Below are positions 1-12,924 of a stretch of 64,000 bases of DNA, one piece after another (within the stretch, counting starts at the first letter, position 1; each line of letters opens with the position of its first letter). The DNA comes from Octopus bimaculoides (Eukaryota). The notes under the pieces are model-generated. The model was not told where the DNA came from. It was given only the letters and a program-made list of their open reading frames with translations, and searched no databases. The stretch lies in the NCBI RefSeq assembly GCF_001194135.2, contig NC_068984.1, forward strand, positions 59,675,977 through 59,739,976, written 5' to 3'. The position numbers and the translations under genes were made by a program.

Positions 1-190
1 TAACTGTTTTGATATAGGCAGTCCTGGTGGAGCAGATACATGATCAAAGTCACTACAGCCATGATCAATCCTTCTTTTTGAATAATTACAAAACTACATT
101 GTTTAATGTGTCTTTTCATTTGAAATAGTAAGGTGAGAGTTAATGGAAATTTGACTGCTATTTCTAGCAAATTGAAAAGTTGAGGCTCAT
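1..190. mobile_element. Repeat family D copy; further copies at ~3710-3930, 10620-10770, 20640-20705, 26535-26725, 40690-40805, 44770-44970 and 46470-46750
   Basis: Shared motifs GCAGA(C/T)(C/A)(T/C)ATGATCAAAG and GAAATTTG(A/G)CT(G/A)CTATTTCTAGCAGGT(C/T)GA, found in either orientation. Confidence 0.68.
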
Positions 191-229
191 TCATTGGCTC
201 ATCCTATTTAATTTGCTTGAACAATGCAG

Positions 230-297
230 TGGAGAGAAGTTGGGACTGATGGAGAACAAAGAACAAAGCAGAACATAAGATCTGAAGAATATTATAT
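230..297 (+). CDS. Candidate coding exon WREVGTDGEQRTKQNIRSEEYY, unidentified
   Basis: Acceptor ...caatgcag and donor GTGAGT. Only one frame is open (phase 0 to 2). Confidence 0.35.
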
Positions 298-1177
298 GTG
301 AGTGTTCCATTGAAACTGCATTACTAAACCAGCATTTTATGACATCTCTCATATAACAGAATGGTCGATTTTCTAAAGTATGACAGCTCCCCTCAACTAC
401 CACTGCAACCCATCCACTCAATGAATTCTCCCAAAACACATAAACTTAATGTATTTTGCTAAGCTCAAAGTGTCGATATATTTGATCAATAGCAGAGATA
501 AATGGATACAAGCAACAAAAATGAAAGTAAATATAAAATATTTAATCTGACTGATCTTTTTAATAATAAATATCTGTTTGATATTTTCTTCCATGTAATA
601 TTAGAGTGTTGGCAAATATGCCATGAATGGAAATGTAACTGTCTTTAACACACCTAAACAGCACAACAGCGATTGCAATCACCATATATATATAAAACAC
701 ACACACAGTTAAAAGCATTAAAACATAACATTGTCAAAACACTACTTTCTAAAATAGTTTGATAGTCTTATTAAAATGCAACAACAGAGTTAAAAAAATT
801 CAGTGGGGAGGTCACAGTAGAATATGACATGGTTGTGATATGGCATATTTTTGTATTGATGTTATATTTCATTGCATACAAACAAAATCATATGCTTTTA
901 TAATATAAAACATTTTATAGTTTCAATTACTAAACAAAGCATAATTATACATTTACTTAAAGTACCTAGAAGTGGTTTATGTTGTTAAACACATGAAGTT
1001 TGAGGTACATCTAAATTTATTTAATGAAAGCATTTATTCACTGAAATTGCTCCAAAACTAATTAGAAATGAGTTGAAGTTAATGACTATATTTATGTGAA
1101 CTAAATATGTGGAAAGAATGAATTTCAAATATACACATATACACAAATATACACAGAAAAAGATGAGTATATATACC

Positions 1178-1228
1178 TTATGGTAACCTTCCAAGACATC
1201 TAGAGGTCTCTAGAACTCGCTTCTGCAG
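1178..1228 (-). CDS. Candidate terminal coding exon LQKRVLETSRCLGRLP*
   Basis: Strong acceptor gttttctttttccacaccag, phase 0, stop at 1178-1180, and a minus-strand AATAAA at 1033-1038. Confidence 0.25.
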   Translation of the reverse strand: MQKRVLETSRCLGRLP

Positions 1229-1344
1229 CTGGTGTGGAAAAAGAAAACTTTATTATAAATAGCAATAAGCCATGAGAGTTTGAATATAAAGCAACTGGAA
1301 CATAAAAAGATAACAAAACTAGTAAATTTGAAGAGACCTATTGA

Positions 1345-1560
1345 GTCAAGTAAAATCAAAAATCAAAATCAGAATCTCAATCAAATCAAAATGGAAATTG
1401 TAGTTGTGGCCAATGCCAGTGCCACCTGACTGGCTCCTGTGCTAATAGCACGCAATAAGCAGTATTCATGCATGGGTCATTGCCAGTGCCGCCTGACTGG
1501 CTCCCCGTGCTGGTGACACATAAAAAGGACCATCTGAACGTGGTCGATGCCAGCATACAT
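1345..1560 (+). mobile_element. Family C internal fragment preceded by (AAAATC)n
   Basis: Two units of GCCAGTGCC(A/G)CCTGACTGGCTCC, the reverse complement of the tandem unit at 29043-29320. Confidence 0.65.
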
Positions 1561-1995
1561 ACATACACATACAACTGAAAGGGTTCTTATTGAGATAATA
1601 CAAAAGTAATTCCAGAGTACTTTACTAAGCGCTTATATTAAATTACATAACTTTTCCAGTGTCCAATAAAGTTTGTGGACCATCTCATCTGGTTTTTCAT
1701 TTTTTTAAAAATGGAGATGAGAAACTCAGAGAGAAGCAACAGAGAGGAACCCTCATCCTCAAATAAATGAAAAACCCTACATATACTAAATACTTTTTCT
1801 GGTTCTTCGTAAATTCAAATGCTTATCCACTGTAAGCTACAAATCTCAGTCTCTCCACCATTTATACCATTTGTGTAACACATACACACATATACATGTT
1901 TGTTTCTTAAACAATACACAAAGTAAAAAGAAAAGAAATGAGCTATAATGGAGTGAATACATAAAACCACAGGTATTCTGACTAAAAGAGGTAGG

Positions 1996-2043
<48 letters not shown>

Positions 2044-2224
2044 TGTGCGTGCATGCGTGCGTGCGTGTGTGTGTGGTCTTTTATTGGCTTTAGTTTTTTA
2101 GAATTCCAACTGAGTATTCGGTAATAAGGAATGGGTATTTATTGTGCCTAGCTTGAGATGAAGGCCTGCATGTGTAAAATATCTGCATATGTTTCTCTGA
2201 GTTGAATTTCAGTATTTGTTTCAG

Positions 2225-2260
2225 CTGTTGGCAATATTTTTGGGAATGTTATCCTGGTGC
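2225..2260 (+). CDS. Candidate 36-nt exon CWQYFWECYPG if phase 2-2
   Basis: Acceptor atttcagtatttgtttcag and donor GTATGG. The phase matches 230-297, but all three frames are open. Confidence 0.22.
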
Positions 2261-4429
2261 GTATGGCCCACATATCAATGATAGTAAAGAGTGTTTGTTG
2301 AAAGGGTCTTGGCCACTGCATTAAGCAGATCAAATATATAAACAGTCTCCTGCACTGGTTGGAGTTTTTCATGAATTCTACTAGTATGCAGTTTTTCACA
2401 TGTCTTGAGATTATTTTTCCTCTCATATAAAATATGATAGTAATGTATTATTTTAACAATCAGACTATCTCAACCAGTCATCTAATATGGTTTAATATTT
2501 AAAATTTTCCCATATATTTTCTATATATTTAGTCTATTTCATACTTCTGAGATATTTTTTTTTAAAGATGAATTATGCTCAACTTTGTGTTTCATTGCAT
2601 TAATGTGTTGTAGTGAAACAGAAAAACTGCACAGACTGATGTCTTTTCCCTTGTGGAAAACATAGCATTACAAGTGAAACTGAAAACAGCAAGAATGGTG
2701 GGGAATTAGCATGGGAAGGGAGAGCAAGCAGCAAAGAAGGAACAAATAACTAGCAAGGAGGGAATACAATGAATTGAAAGAGATAACATTCCACAGTAAA
2801 AATCAGTATGGGAATAGGTTTAATGAATCATCACAGGGCAGTGATAGAGCAAGAAACATTAGGCTGCAATTTCAAAGAGGAACCACCAACACTACACTGT
2901 GTTTTGAAGATGTACAAAGACTTGAGTCCAGAGGTGAAACCAAATAATATTGAAAGATATGAAATGTGTTGATGAATTCATTCAGAAACACCATGCAAAG
3001 GAAAATATTGAAATCAAAAAGTAAATATATAAGAAAACATAAAAAGGAAATATATAATAAAAAAACTTCCTGTGTGGTGGATGAAAAGTATGAGTCAAGC
3101 ATGAGAAAGAGTGAATGAGTGAGTGGGGGAGTGGGGAACAAATGAAAAATATTGAAAAAAATGATTTGTAATGAAATTAGAGAAAATTTATTGTTGATGA
3201 CTCCTCAAAAGACGGAAAAAAAACCATTTAAATTTTGTTCACAAACATTTGATAACAAGTCACCCACTATCCTTCACTTTTCTCGCTTATCTAAATCATT
3301 ATTTAAATGCTATCAGATGAATTGGGCTTAAAAAGCTTTCAACTGTGAATAACTTAGAACACATTGGTGGCTAAAGTGGTAATTAAATTGATAAGGAATG
3401 AAACACTTGTGTGGCAAACAGTTTAACTAAAGAGAATGACAAGACATAATTAAACAGATTTATCTGTTGCGATTCATATATTCAATTAGTTTTTAGAGTG
3501 GTGAACTGTTGTGTCCCCACGAAAATACTTCAATAGATAAAAGAAATACAAAACCAGATCTATTCAGCTTTTTAGTATGAAGGAGGCAAAGAAATAATAA
3601 AGAGAATGTCTTTAGAGGTTAATAACTTGTTGAACAGCAAGTTGTAACTTATTTAAGATTAAATTAAATTAAATTAAATTAAATATGGGTTTCTTTAAAC
3701 TTGAAGTATGTTGTTGTTAAACCCTGGGTCTCAGATGAAAGAGACATGATTAAAAGTGTTCTAGACATGACCATCCCATCTTTTGTTGAAACACAATGTA
3801 TCTAGAACCATATTTTCCAATAGGTCACTTTTTAAAACAAAAGGGTACAAATGGAGGGAAATTTGGCTTATTTGTAGCAGGTCGACTGACCACAGAGAAG
3901 CTCCTTTGTTGGCTTGAAAAAACAATGTTTATAGAAGGGACATAAATACTACAAAGCGTTTTATCTGATGCACTATTTTATGCATGAGCAAAATGTTTCG
4001 AGAAGCAGGCTACACTACTAAAATAATTCAAGGTCATTTTTTGTTAGGTGAACCATTCAGAAACTCCTGTGGGTGGCAGTTTGCCCCTGATTGTGATATC
4101 CTTTCTGCCAATTCATTGCAATGAATATTGACACTAGGTATAAACAAATTCCTTGTGTAGGCCTGAGACCAGAGATTTGTTGTGTTGCGCATGTCTGGCA
4201 TTTTGGAATGAGTTCAAGCACTTTTAATTGGGAAATGATACAGAATTGTAAATTCAGTTTGCACAGAACTTAGTCATTCTACAACAAAATCTCACAACCT
4301 TCCACTTGACAAGGTTCTTCAAAAACTACAGGCACAACCATATTCCTCTATGGTTAAACAAATGAAATGAAATATTGTTTTTGACAAAAAAGATTAAATC
4401 TTGGTATTGAATTAATATTATACTGTTAC

Positions 4430-4660
4430 TCTTTTACTTGTTTCAGTCATTTGACTACAGCCATGTTGGAACACTGCCTTTAGTCGAGCAAATTGACCCC
4501 AGGGGTTATTCTTTGTTATCTTAGTACTTATTCTATTGGTCTCTTTTGTTGAACGCAAAATTACGGGGATGTAAACACACCAACATCGGTTGTCAAGCGA
4601 TGTGGGGGGGGGGGTGACAAACACAGACATATAAACATATGCACACACACACATAGATAT
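4430..4660 (-). mobile_element. Family A SINE 3' half
   Basis: CTTTTACTTGTTTCAGTCATTTGACTACAGCCATGTTGGAACACTGCCTTTAGTCGAGCAAATTGACCCCAGG... Confidence 0.8.
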
Positions 4661-5134
4661 CAAAAATATTCTGTCAATATTTTTTATAACCATTTAGTAC
4701 AAGTAAAGAAAGAAAGCCATAACTCAAGTGGGCTCTTCCAGACTGGTGAAGATAATGCTGCTTATGTTTAGCTTGTGCTTCTTTATGTCACTGAATGTAG
4801 GGAAAAGGACAGAGGGTGAGTTCTGGGTGGGGAATTCTAGGGGGAAGCAATGAGGAAGAGCATTTAGCATAGGATTTGAAGGTAGGAAGTACAGAAGGGA
4901 CAAGGGCAAGCAAATACTTCAAGTAGGTTTGGCCTGGGGTGGTTTGCAATTTGTTAGTTTAGAGGAAGCAAAACCATAGTAGTCGTTTGTAGTAGAGGAG
5001 ACAGGCAGAAAACACAGCACATCAATAGTGAGCTGTAGTTGCAATAAGTGAAACAGCTGACATATACCTGCATTTGCACATACCTGTAAATGTATACCTG
5101 TATGTCAGTATGCATGTTTTGAAGGGAAACTCTG

Positions 5135-5187
<53 letters not shown>

Positions 5188-7500
5188 ACACGTGCTTTTT
5201 CTTCTCTTCTTTTTTGCATCTATAATCATAAAATTCACAATATTATGAGTCAAGCTGAATTTGACTCATAATATCTGAGTGAAGCTACTTTTAATATGAT
5301 TTAATGTAAAAACCTCAAAGGAAAAAGAAAATTGTATGCACTAAATTTACTGAAATTACTTTGAGAAAACAACTTAAAAGATATTAAAAAAAAAAAAGAT
5401 TAAGAAACTAAAACCAAAATATCTGTAATTTAATAAGATTTTAGAAGGAGAAACAGTTTATTGAAATAACTACTTGAATTTTATGAAGCCAAAAAGAATG
5501 AGGTAAAATATACAGTTTTAAACATTCTGAAACTATTGTTGTTTTTGTTATGTAGCTTCAGGTCAGACCTGATTGACAGTTCTATGGTATGTAGGTAAAT
5601 GGTTAAACATTGAGGAGCCACCCACAGTGTTATTTTCCCAAATATAGTATATCTTCATCCAGCAGAGGAGAAATTTGCATAATCCAGCATACAGTAAAGA
5701 ATTCTATGGGGTGCATCAAATCCCAGTGGAACACCATTCAAGAAATTTTAAGTGTTGTTGTTAGTGGTGGTAATGAAGGCGGCGTACTACTTTAAATGGG
5801 ATTGTCTTCAGGTGAAATAATAAATAACAAGCTTAAGGAACATTAATGGCTTAGTCTTAATAGCAAACAGATTTCATACATTCTGTTTGTTCATTATTAT
5901 CTCTTAACCAGAGAACAGAGTAATAAGTGCTGACACAAATGGGAAACAATGAGAGGTATGTTAAAGAGTGTAAGATAAAAGAATGAAGCATATTGTGTAA
6001 CCTAGAATCAACCAATCAAACGAGGAGCTGCATATGACATTAATTATCATATGCTGCACCACTGTGATGGGTTAATTTATTCTTACAGACATCTATTACC
6101 ATTCAACTTAACTAAATAGTACAGATTGTAAATATAGCTAGAAAATCAATAACAAAATTCTCTTCTACAATACAACTGTTCACATAAAAGAAACAGCCAA
6201 GATGTCTCAGGTTTTTACAAAAACCAAATACTTAAAAATGTTTAATAATAAAATAATAAAGGAAAATAATGAATATCTTCTGTTGGGAAAATGACAATGT
6301 AGACTAGTGTATTTTTGTATGTAAAATCTCACAAGATAATTTATATTGCAGCAAAGAGATTAGTTTAATTCAATTGATGAGATTATTTAGAAAATAGCTC
6401 CTACACATGTAATCCTCATTGGTGATAGCTGCAACATCCTTATCTTTTCCTAAGTTATGTCATTAATCAAGTAAATAACAAAACTAAAACTAAAATAGTT
6501 AAGTACAGCAAAATATACAAACTTATCTTTTACATCACTATATTTCTGAGATGAGTTATTATTACTAGAGATAAAAGATGACAATTTTAACTTAATCTCT
6601 TTTATGCTTGTATTTGTATAACATTTACATTAGCAAATTCTCTAAATATCATCAGGTTCCATAATAACTGTAAAATTCATTGTAGATTGTGAAAGATTTT
6701 CAACAATTTGTAGATGGCTGTATATGGGAGTCTAAAGGTACTCATCTCTCCCACTGCTCCTGCATGTCTCAGTTCTTGAGTCATTGATGTGGAAGCTAGA
6801 GGCGTTGCACAGAATGGTGTTTAAACAATGATACAAGAAGGCTATGTCAGCATATGGGTCAATGACACATTATGATATTGAACACCATAGAAATCAAAGT
6901 AGTAACAGAATAAAATGGCAGGTTGCAACTCAGCAACTAGAGAGGCATGTTCATGCCAGCCAATGAAGTGGTCACTGAACTGAAGCAACATTGCAATCAA
7001 GGTGGCCAGTCTCTCTCTGAAATGGGCTTAGAGGAATGCCATTGATACATGAAAGGTTGGGGGACAATGAACAAACACATCACTTCTGTTATTTACTACT
7101 ACTTGGCCATTGTCCCTTCTCCAGTTTCTACCTGACAAGGCTGAAGTATCTGCTGCTAACACTTTCTCAAGCCCAGGGAAGGTAGTACAGTGGTCTTCAT
7201 GGTGGTAGCCGATAGCTGGATCCATCTTATATGCAACAACATCCAAGAAATTCATGATTTTTGTGTATACTGATGTGAGAAATTAGTATCTAAAGTTGAA
7301 GTTACAGTTCCTTAGGTATAAGGATTAGTTATAGGAAGAACTTGCTTTAAATATATTGTTCTTTCAGTGTTCTTTGTAACCAATCTTAAGAATCGTAATG
7401 ACAGACTGGGCAAAATGCCAGCCTCTTAATTGAAGAATTGCAAGCCTGTACCCAACTGCAGGAACTGGGCCATGTATTAAGTAAAGCAAAGAACATCATG

Positions 7501-7545
<45 letters not shown>

Positions 7546-8239
7546 ACATATGTCACACATACATACACACAACATTGTAAAAATAATTTTTTACATTCTC
7601 TTATATTTAAAAAATGTAATTTGAATACTGAATGGATTAATCACAGCCACAGACGAGGAAAATACAATTATCTCAATTTTAGTAGAACATAAATATGAAT
7701 ACTTTAGACTCACAGAGAAATGTGAAATATTTGGTACCAATTTTTCTTCTTTTTTTGTCACAAGACCTTAAATGTTTAGGGGCAGGAAATATAGTATTGT
7801 GACATCTAAGAGCATTAGTACTTTTAGTAAAGTAAAATAGCTTTAAGTGAAAATTGAAACCATATGATGGCCCCCAGCTACCTGAGAGACTACTGCTTCA
7901 TCTATGATGTCTGCCACAAACTTTGGTAGCTATAGAGCTTGAAGTAATGTTTAGATTAACTATGCCAAAGTTATTGACTAGATACGGTGTAGAACTGCAG
8001 CTAACTTAGTTTTCTTTCCACTTTAGCAAGTATGGTTTGGGTAGAATTCCAAAAAAGAGGGGAATGGTAAAAGAAAGCAAAAGAGAGAGAATGGAAGAGA
8101 AGCAAAAAAAAAAACTTGTAAAGATTATATATATATCAACAGTTTAGAAAGAATTTTATTAGAAAGAGGAATTAATTTCTTTGAGAAATAGGATTATAAA
8201 CATTTTTTATATACTTTAAATGCTGGAATTCTATGCAAT

Positions 8240-8706
8240 AATAATAATAATAATAATAATAATGGTTTCAAATTTTGGCACAAAGCCTGCATTGACCCCA
8301 GTGTTCTACTGGTATTTATTTTATTGACCCTGAAAGAATGAAAGGCAAAATGAACCTTGGAGGAATTTTAACTCAGGACATAATTCTGGAAGAAATGCTG
8401 CTAAGGATTTTTTTCTGGCATGGTAACGATTCTGACAGTTTGCCACCTTAATAACAATGATGATAATTCTTTCTACTATAGATACATGGCCCAAAATTTT
8501 AGGTGAGAGGACTAGTTGATTACATCAACTCCAATGTTTAAATAGTACTTATATTTTTTATTGACTCTGAAAGGATGAAAGGCAAAGTTGACGGAATGCC
8601 ACTAAGCAATTTTTCTCAGCATGATAACAAGGCCAGCAATTTGGGGGGAGGGGTGGGCTAAGTCGATTGCATTAGCCCCAGTGCTCAACTTGCCACCTTA
8701 ATAATG

Positions 8707-8735
<29 letters not shown>
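8240..8735 (-). mobile_element. Three partial family B SINE copies separated by (AAT)n
   Basis: Same reverse-complement motifs as 35623-36420: GGCACAAAGCC, ATGAAAGGCAAA, GAATTTAACTCAG. Confidence 0.72.
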
Positions 8736-8737
<2 letters not shown>

Positions 8738-8956
8738 ACTGATCTTAGTTACAGTTAAATAAATGCTTTACTTCCTTCTATTTATGTGATAAGGTTTCTT
8801 TCTGAACTATGGAAACAAAGAAAGAAATTGATATTGTAAGACCTAAATTATATTAAGTTGTTATTTTGGAAAAAGTATTTTGATGGAAGATGAATAGCGA
8901 AATAGGTTAAATAGCATAATGTAAGAGAACCAAAGGATTTTAATTTTCTTTTGTAG

Positions 8957-9007
8957 GTGGATAGATGGAGGACAAAGTGAGAGAACGAGGGCTTGTTTTG
9001 CTTTTAG
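8957..9007 (+). CDS. Candidate 51-nt exon WIDGGQSERTRACFAF
   Basis: Strong acceptor ttaattttcttttgtag and a single open frame (phase 2-2). The donor AG|GTATTA is weak and could equally be an acceptor. Confidence 0.28.
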
Positions 9008-10933
9008 GTATTAAACAATAAATAGCTATGAGTTGTATATTAGTTTATTTACTTAAGAGATAAAATTGAGGAGAATTAAACAGGGATTAGAATCTGGTTA
9101 AAAACAGGTCAATTTGTTACTAATGTAAGGCTTTTTAAAACAGACAAGCAGACAAAAAACAAAAAGAATATTTTACTTGCGTTTCAAGTTTTATGAATGA
9201 TTCATATAAGCAAGAATTCAAAACAGTAGAAAGCTAACTGTATATGTTAAGTTGCTTAAGATGCTTGAAGGAAAATATCACACACTTTTTTTTTTTAATA
9301 TTTTAGTTAAAAATAAAATGAATAGATAAGTTTGAGATTGTCAGGGTGCATGTTTTTTGAGTTCTACTTAAAATTATTACTGACTGTGATATGAAGGAAA
9401 CAGGGTAAAGGGGTTTTTGTTTCTGTTTTATATTTTAACAAACTTTTTTTTTTTTATTCCACAGCTGTCAGTAAGATGTACAAAAAATTAAAATTGAAAC
9501 ACTGCCAACTACAGAAAACCTATCTCTGAAAACCTAAGGAATCAGTTTTATCCTAAGCAATGAAATTCCTGAATATGATGTTTATAGTTTCCTGGGATGG
9601 CAAAAGGGATAACTGTAATGTAGAGCAACCTATTGTAGATGTAGCTGCTCTATGCTTGACTGTTTGCAAATATCTCTTATGTTACTAGTTCTAAGAGTAG
9701 CAAAATGGTGAGAAGATTTTGGTTAAAGAGTGCATATCTTTGGAATCCTACTTAATTCCTGAATTCATACAATTAGACTATGCTTATGTTTACCTTTCCT
9801 CTTTGTATGAAATTATGTAGTAGCTTTGAGTCAAACAATAAGTTTGTCAGTATAAAGACTATCACGTTAAAGTTTGAAAGAAAGCCAGTGTTGTTGGTCT
9901 GATGTTTGTTTTTCAGTGTTGTAAGAAATCACAATATTTCCCAGTTTGCTATAATATTAAAATGTTGTTGTTACTGTTATTTTAGCTACAGGGCTGCTGA
10001 ATTCCAGAGAGAAGCAGAATGAATTGGCACACTCTACAGCATAGCTTCCTAAAGTGGGCGATATCACCCACCAGTGGGCTATGGGTGAATTTCTAGAAAA
10101 TGGTGGGAGACAATGAATTTTTAGAAATTAAGTCTGCATTTACTGATATCTAGGCATGATATCTGTTTGTTTCAGTGTACCTAGGTTAGCAAATGTGTTC
10201 CTTTACTACTTGTTAGCAGAAAGGACACACAACTGTAGAATAAATTGCTCAAACAATATACAAAATGTGCAACTTTACAAAAGTAATTCCTACCCATACA
10301 AAAAAAGGAAAAAAAAAAACAGATATAAAACAGCAAAAGAAAAAGAAAACAAGGGAACCTTTCCAAGTTCCTAAACTGTGACAATACTATAATGGTTTCA
10401 GACTTAGGCTCAAGGCTAGCAGTTTTAAGGAGAAGAGTTTAGTTAATACCATCAACTCCAACCATAACTTGTACTTTATTGACCTTGAAAGGATGAAAAG
10501 TCAATAAAGTACCTTGGCAGGATTTGAACTCAAAATGTAAAGACTTAGAAGTGGCAGTACTAGAGTAGTACAAATTAATTACTGAGCTCCTATGTGATAA
10601 CAAGATGTGCTTAAAATAGCAGCCGAGTTTCCTTCAAATCACACATGCTATCTTAAAAAAGGGAACATATGAAGGATAATATAGTCCCAGATGCATTATC
10701 AAAAATTAAGATTGGTTAGTCATGGCCAGAATGTTATTGGTTCTCATTATGCTTGACCATGGTTGATTGAGTTCATTACTACTGCACTATAGTGTTTTTA
10801 TACTATAATAGAGACAAATGCCTTGGCATTCTTTATTAAAAACTGTATCTTCAGTCACTAAATAAAATGAAATTGGGGCTATACTTGAGTTTTTTTTATA
10901 CATATTCTATTTCTATCTCACAGCTTCAGTGGG

Positions 10934-11163
10934 TTAACCCTTTCGTTACTGTATTTATTTTGAGATGCTCTGTGTTTCTTTCAATTACTTTAAATATAAC
11001 AAAGAATTTAGTAAAATAACTTAGTTACCATTCAGCTGGTGTTAAGAACATAAATTGTGATTAAGGTTTGGTGGAAGATTTTAATTCAAAACTTACGGAA
11101 ACAAGACATTTGTACTCAGAGCCAGAGCTGGTTTCAGCCAGGTGTTGGTAACAAAAGGGTTAA
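10934..11163. mobile_element. piggyBac-type MITE, 222 bp, with TTAA target-site duplication
   Basis: TTAA (10934-37) CCCTTTCGTTAC ... GTAACAAAAGGG TTAA (11160-63). The terminal inverted repeats match at 11 of 12 positions and begin with CCC. Confidence 0.82.
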
Positions 11164-11169
11164 GTTAGC

Positions 11170-11299
11170 TTGGTTCTGAATGAGTTCTGGGTTCAGTCTC
11201 ACTGTATGGCACTTTGGCAAGTGCCTTCTACTATAGCCCCAAACCAACCAAAATCTTGTGAGCATATTTGGTAAACAAAATCTTTAAAAAAAAGCCATC

Positions 11300-11368
<69 letters not shown>

Positions 11369-11605
11369 CGTGCACACACATATGCCTTCATGCTTGTGTT
11401 TGAACCCACCTCCACTGTTTGACAAACGGCGTTGGTTTGTTTACAACCCTGCAACTTAGAAGTTCAGTAAAAAGAAACCTGAAGAATAAGTAGCAGGTTT
11501 GAAAAAAAAAAAGTACTGGAGTTGATTTGTTTGACTAAACCCTTGAAAGCAATAACCCGATATAGCTGTAGACCAATGACTGAAACAAGTAAAAGATAAA
11601 AGATG
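11170..11605 (+). mobile_element. Family A SINE with central (TG)n
   Basis: GGGTTCAGTCTCACTGTATGGCACTTTGGCAAGTGCC...(TG)n...TTTGACAAACGGCGTTGG...ATGACTGAAACAAGTAAAAGATAAAAGA. Confidence 0.8.
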
Positions 11606-12543
11606 CCAGAACTATATTATTGTAGTTATTATTGTAGTGTAGTAAGTATTAGCATATTTAATTCAGGGAAGGAATACAAAAAAAGAAAGAAAAAAAGAAA
11701 AGAAAAGAGAAAAAGAAATTAATTAGAAAATAAAAATTACATACTATAATGGTTTGAATCATATATGAGTTAAAGCAATCTGTACACACACACACACAAA
11801 CTTCCCAATTAGAGAGTTTTGCTTAGTCATCTCGACAGAAAAAAACTAATTCCAGAAATACTATATCATTCTCTCTCTTTCTTTCACTTTTCTTTCCCCA
11901 CTCTCACAGACTCTATTGGTGAACACTGTTCCCACAGTATACTAAAACTGTTTAATAAGCAGTGGACCACTTACTAAATTTAAGCTGGTACATACTTTAA
12001 CAGTTTAACAACCAATTGAATAAATAAATTAATAAATAAAAAAATGCAATAAATAAAAATCAAAATCAAAGAAAATAAAGCATCATAAGATTTCTCCTTA
12101 CCAAAACAGCTGTTTCTTTTCTTTTTTAATTGCTTTTTTATTTTCTTTAAATATTTAAGAAGGTAGTGCTCATGACCCATCACAGGGCTTCCAAGACTGG
12201 TGGGAGAGGAGGGAGAAAGGTATTCCCAAACCAGAAACCTGGCTCAAATGCTTACAATAAAGTGGACTCTATTAAACGTACACAGGATGCTAGGTGATGA
12301 TGTTAAACAAGTCAACAGATTAAGTTTACTATCCAAGTAGGCCATGACAGGATCTGAACTCAGAATGTAAAGAGCCAGAACAAATACTGCAAGGTATCCA
12401 GCCTCGTTTTCTTAGTTCCACCAATCTGTTGCTTTGGATTGGCATTTTATTATGACCCTAAAAGATTGAGAGGCAAAGTGGAATAAATATCACAAAACAT
12501 TCTGCCCAGTGCTCTAATGACTCTGAAGGTGATAGATATACAT

Positions 12544-12924
12544 TGTTGGCACTCCGTCGCTTACGACATCGAGGGTTCCAGTTGATCCGATCAACGGAAC
12601 AGCCTGCTCGTGAAATTAACGTGCAAATAGCTGAGCACTCCACAGACACGTGTACCCTTAACGTAGTTCTCGGGGATATTCAGCGTGACACAGTGTGACA
12701 AGGCTGACCCTTTGAATTACAGGCACAACAGAAACAGGAAGTAAGAGTGAGAGAAAGTTGTGGTGAAAGAGTACAGCAGGGTTCACCACCACCCCCTGCC
12801 AGAACCTCGTGGAGCTTTTAGGTGTTTTCACTCAATGAACACTCACAACGCCCAGTCTGGGAATCGAAACCGCGATCCTAGGATCGCGAGTCCGCTGCCC
12901 TAACCACTGGGCCATTGCACCTCC
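12544..12924 (-). mobile_element. Full-length young tRNA-derived SINE (family E here) with a 13-bp TSD
   Basis: Minus-strand head GGAGGTGCAATGGCCCAGTGGTTAGGGCAGCGGACTCGCGATCCTAGGATCGCGGTTTCGATTCCC has A and B boxes. CpGs are largely intact. Exact flanking repeat GATAGATATACAT at 12531-12543 and 12925-12937. Confidence 0.92.

Noticed and set aside
6700-7260. GC-elevated block with a 75-aa minus-strand ORF and faint RTE-like words
   Set aside because: No motif could be matched convincingly in any frame. Probably ancient TE debris, left unassigned.
12850-12924. tRNA-like sequence with A and B boxes
   Set aside because: It is a SINE head. No acceptor stem closes, and it continues into a SINE body bounded by a TSD.
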